Source: the human T2T-CHM13v2.0 reference genome, Homo sapiens | NCBI RefSeq assembly: GCF_009914755.1 | Contig: NC_060941.1 | Direction: 5' to 3' (one strand) | DNA: 64,000 nucleotides | Shown here: positions 61,929 through 64,000 of the stretch, one piece after another | Position numbering within the stretch: the first letter of the stretch is position 1 | How the letters are laid out: every line of letters starts with the position of its first letter | Position numbers and translations under genes: made by a program | The notes under the pieces: model-generated | What the model was told of the DNA's origin: nothing | The model's database searches: none | What the model saw: only the letters and a program-made list of their open reading frames with translations

Positions 61929-64000
61929 GGGGAAAGAGTGGGACTGAGGGAAATAGGAATTGATGGGAGGAATATGAGAAGGCATGGTGGAAGGTTTCCC
62001 AGGGGCCCCGTGTGAGCTGGCCCATGGGGACCTGACAAGGTGCCCCGCCAAGACAAAATGGAGAGTACATTTTAAGTGGAGGACAAAGCAGAAGAAAAGG
62101 AATAGAGGCAAGAAACCCAGAGCCATGTTCACAACTGGCAAGGTTAGGAGATACTGGTTCCTGGCACAGGCATGGTCCTGACCTGGCCGGCTGGCCACCT
62201 CATGGTTCCCTGAGGAGAACCACTTGCCTATAGGCCCTGAGGGGGAACATTCCCCACCCAACTCTACCTCTGTTGTGGATCATGCCAAGAAAGGATTGCC
62301 CAGTGATGAGATGATTGGGATTCAGACAATTGTTCAGTTAGTAGTAAATCAGTCATTGAAAACACAGACCGAGTGAGGCCATGAGGCAGCAGAGGGAGGA
62401 GCTCCACGGAGGACCACAGCCCTCAAATGGCCCTCAAATGACAGTGACGGAGCTCCCCACTTCACCTCCCTGAGCCTGGGGTTCTGCTGTAAACTGAGGG
62501 AAGCTTCCTCCATTGTCTTCAAGGAATTTTCCAGAAGGCTCTAAATTCTAAGAGTCTATGACTCAATTTCCATGGAACAGAACATACTTAGAGTCCTACT
62601 TTTCTCTTTTGTAACAAGAGAAATTCTTGGCAACTGTTAAAGTCAAGGAAAGCAAACCAGAGTGCACATCAGCTGACTAATGTGCCTAAGGCAATTAAGT
62701 CAAAATATTTTTCAAATAGTACTGAAACAGCTCATCTCCCATTAACAAATACTTCTAGACTTTCCAGACTTGTCTTGCTCAGCCCAGCTGTAGAAACATC
62801 CCTTATGTGTGCTGGCCATTAGGTGGAGAGTTTCCAACCTATGAGAATGAGCTGCAGATCAGCCGCACCTGCATGTGCTCAGGCACCAGAGGACAGGCAT
62901 CAACTTGGCCTCCTCAGCAGCCCCTATCTTTCCCCCACCTACTGCCAAACAGTACAGAAGGTGACTGTGAGGCTGCTCCTGCTCAGGCTGTGATGGGGTT
63001 GAACTTCATGGGGCTCTCTATCCCAGTGCTTCATTAGTTCTTACTCTGTACAAACATCACCCAAGCACCACTTCTCAGCCTCACTAAGAATCTTGAGTCT
63101 CCCACCAAGTACCATATATGTGCTTCAGGCAACCCTGTGTGGTCACTGTTGTGCCCATTCAAGTCTGAAAAACTCTGAGGCTGACTAAAGGACGGAACCA
63201 AAGGAGAGACTGAATGCAGGCTGGCCCTTCACACCACTCTGCTCTAGGAAAACTAACACAGCCTCATGTGGACAGGACCGTCTCTGGGGTTCCTGTTCGC
63301 CAGCAACATCCACTCTATCTTGTTTCAGTATTAAGCTTCTGTCACTTTAATGCATATTAATAGATGTGTTTGTCATTATTAAGGTGGAAGGTGGTTAGAT
63401 TCTGAAGGGAGGTGAGAACTGAATAGGTCCTGGGGTGCAACACAATTGCACAGAAAACCTGGTTAAGAACTCAAACTCTGAAATTAAACAGACCCAGCTT
63501 TGGATTCCAGTTCCACCTCTTATCAGTGTGTCACCCTGGACAAGTTACGGCAAAAGGCCTCTTTTTCCTTACATATAATGCAGATAATAGTGCCTATCTC
63601 ATAGGGGCTGCTGGGAGAATTAAGAAATAACACTTAACATATGTAAGCTACTATAATCAGCATCCACAGCAGGTGTGAGCACATCTTTTTATCCGTGCCG
63701 ACTCAGCCTGTGGACTCACCGGCATGTTATCCGGGATCAGACAGCTTGTTTCCAGCCTTCTCTAATCACCAGCACTGGACTGTCCTGACTGTCTGACTTT
63801 AGGTTTAGTTCAGGCAGCTGTGACCATTAAGAATGACACAATGACAATGTAAAAATATGTACTGTACATATACATCGTAATACAAAATGAAAAGGCAGAA
63901 TTTAGGATGATGTACATCACCTAGGTAAATGAACACAACAGGATCCTAGGAGGCTTATAGAGACTAAGTATTAATAGTTGGTGTTTCGTGGTGAAAGAGT

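Overview
Primate (almost certainly human) genomic DNA from inside TEX2, an ER membrane SMP-domain lipid-transfer protein gene on the minus strand. Six exons can be reconstructed with canonical AG/GT boundaries and consistent phases: 46014-44346 (25 nt 5'UTR, ATG at 45989), 26866-26666, 25661-25331, 20194-19947 (alternative acceptor at 20215), 9248-9102 and 2973-2874. They encode the first 890 codons and are called exons 2-7 by inference. The promoter, first exon and 3' exons lie outside the window. The introns hold about 35 Alus, nested L1s, L2/MIR, MaLR/ERVL LTRs, MER DNA transposons and an intact antisense LTR12-type solo LTR. The most interesting structure is the exon 5-6-7 block. It is tightly bracketed by inverted Alus, totals 495 nt (165 codons) and starts and ends in phase 1, so a back-spliced circle would be a stop-free 'infinite' ORF. 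Other leads are an LTR12 antisense promoter with a nearby splice donor, an Alu with an apparent 5' inversion, a local duplication preserving an Alu empty site, and possible fossil hAT transposase fragments. There is no CRISPR array, RNA gene or prokaryote-like system. Repeat subfamily calls are from memory of consensus sequences and their boundaries are approximate.
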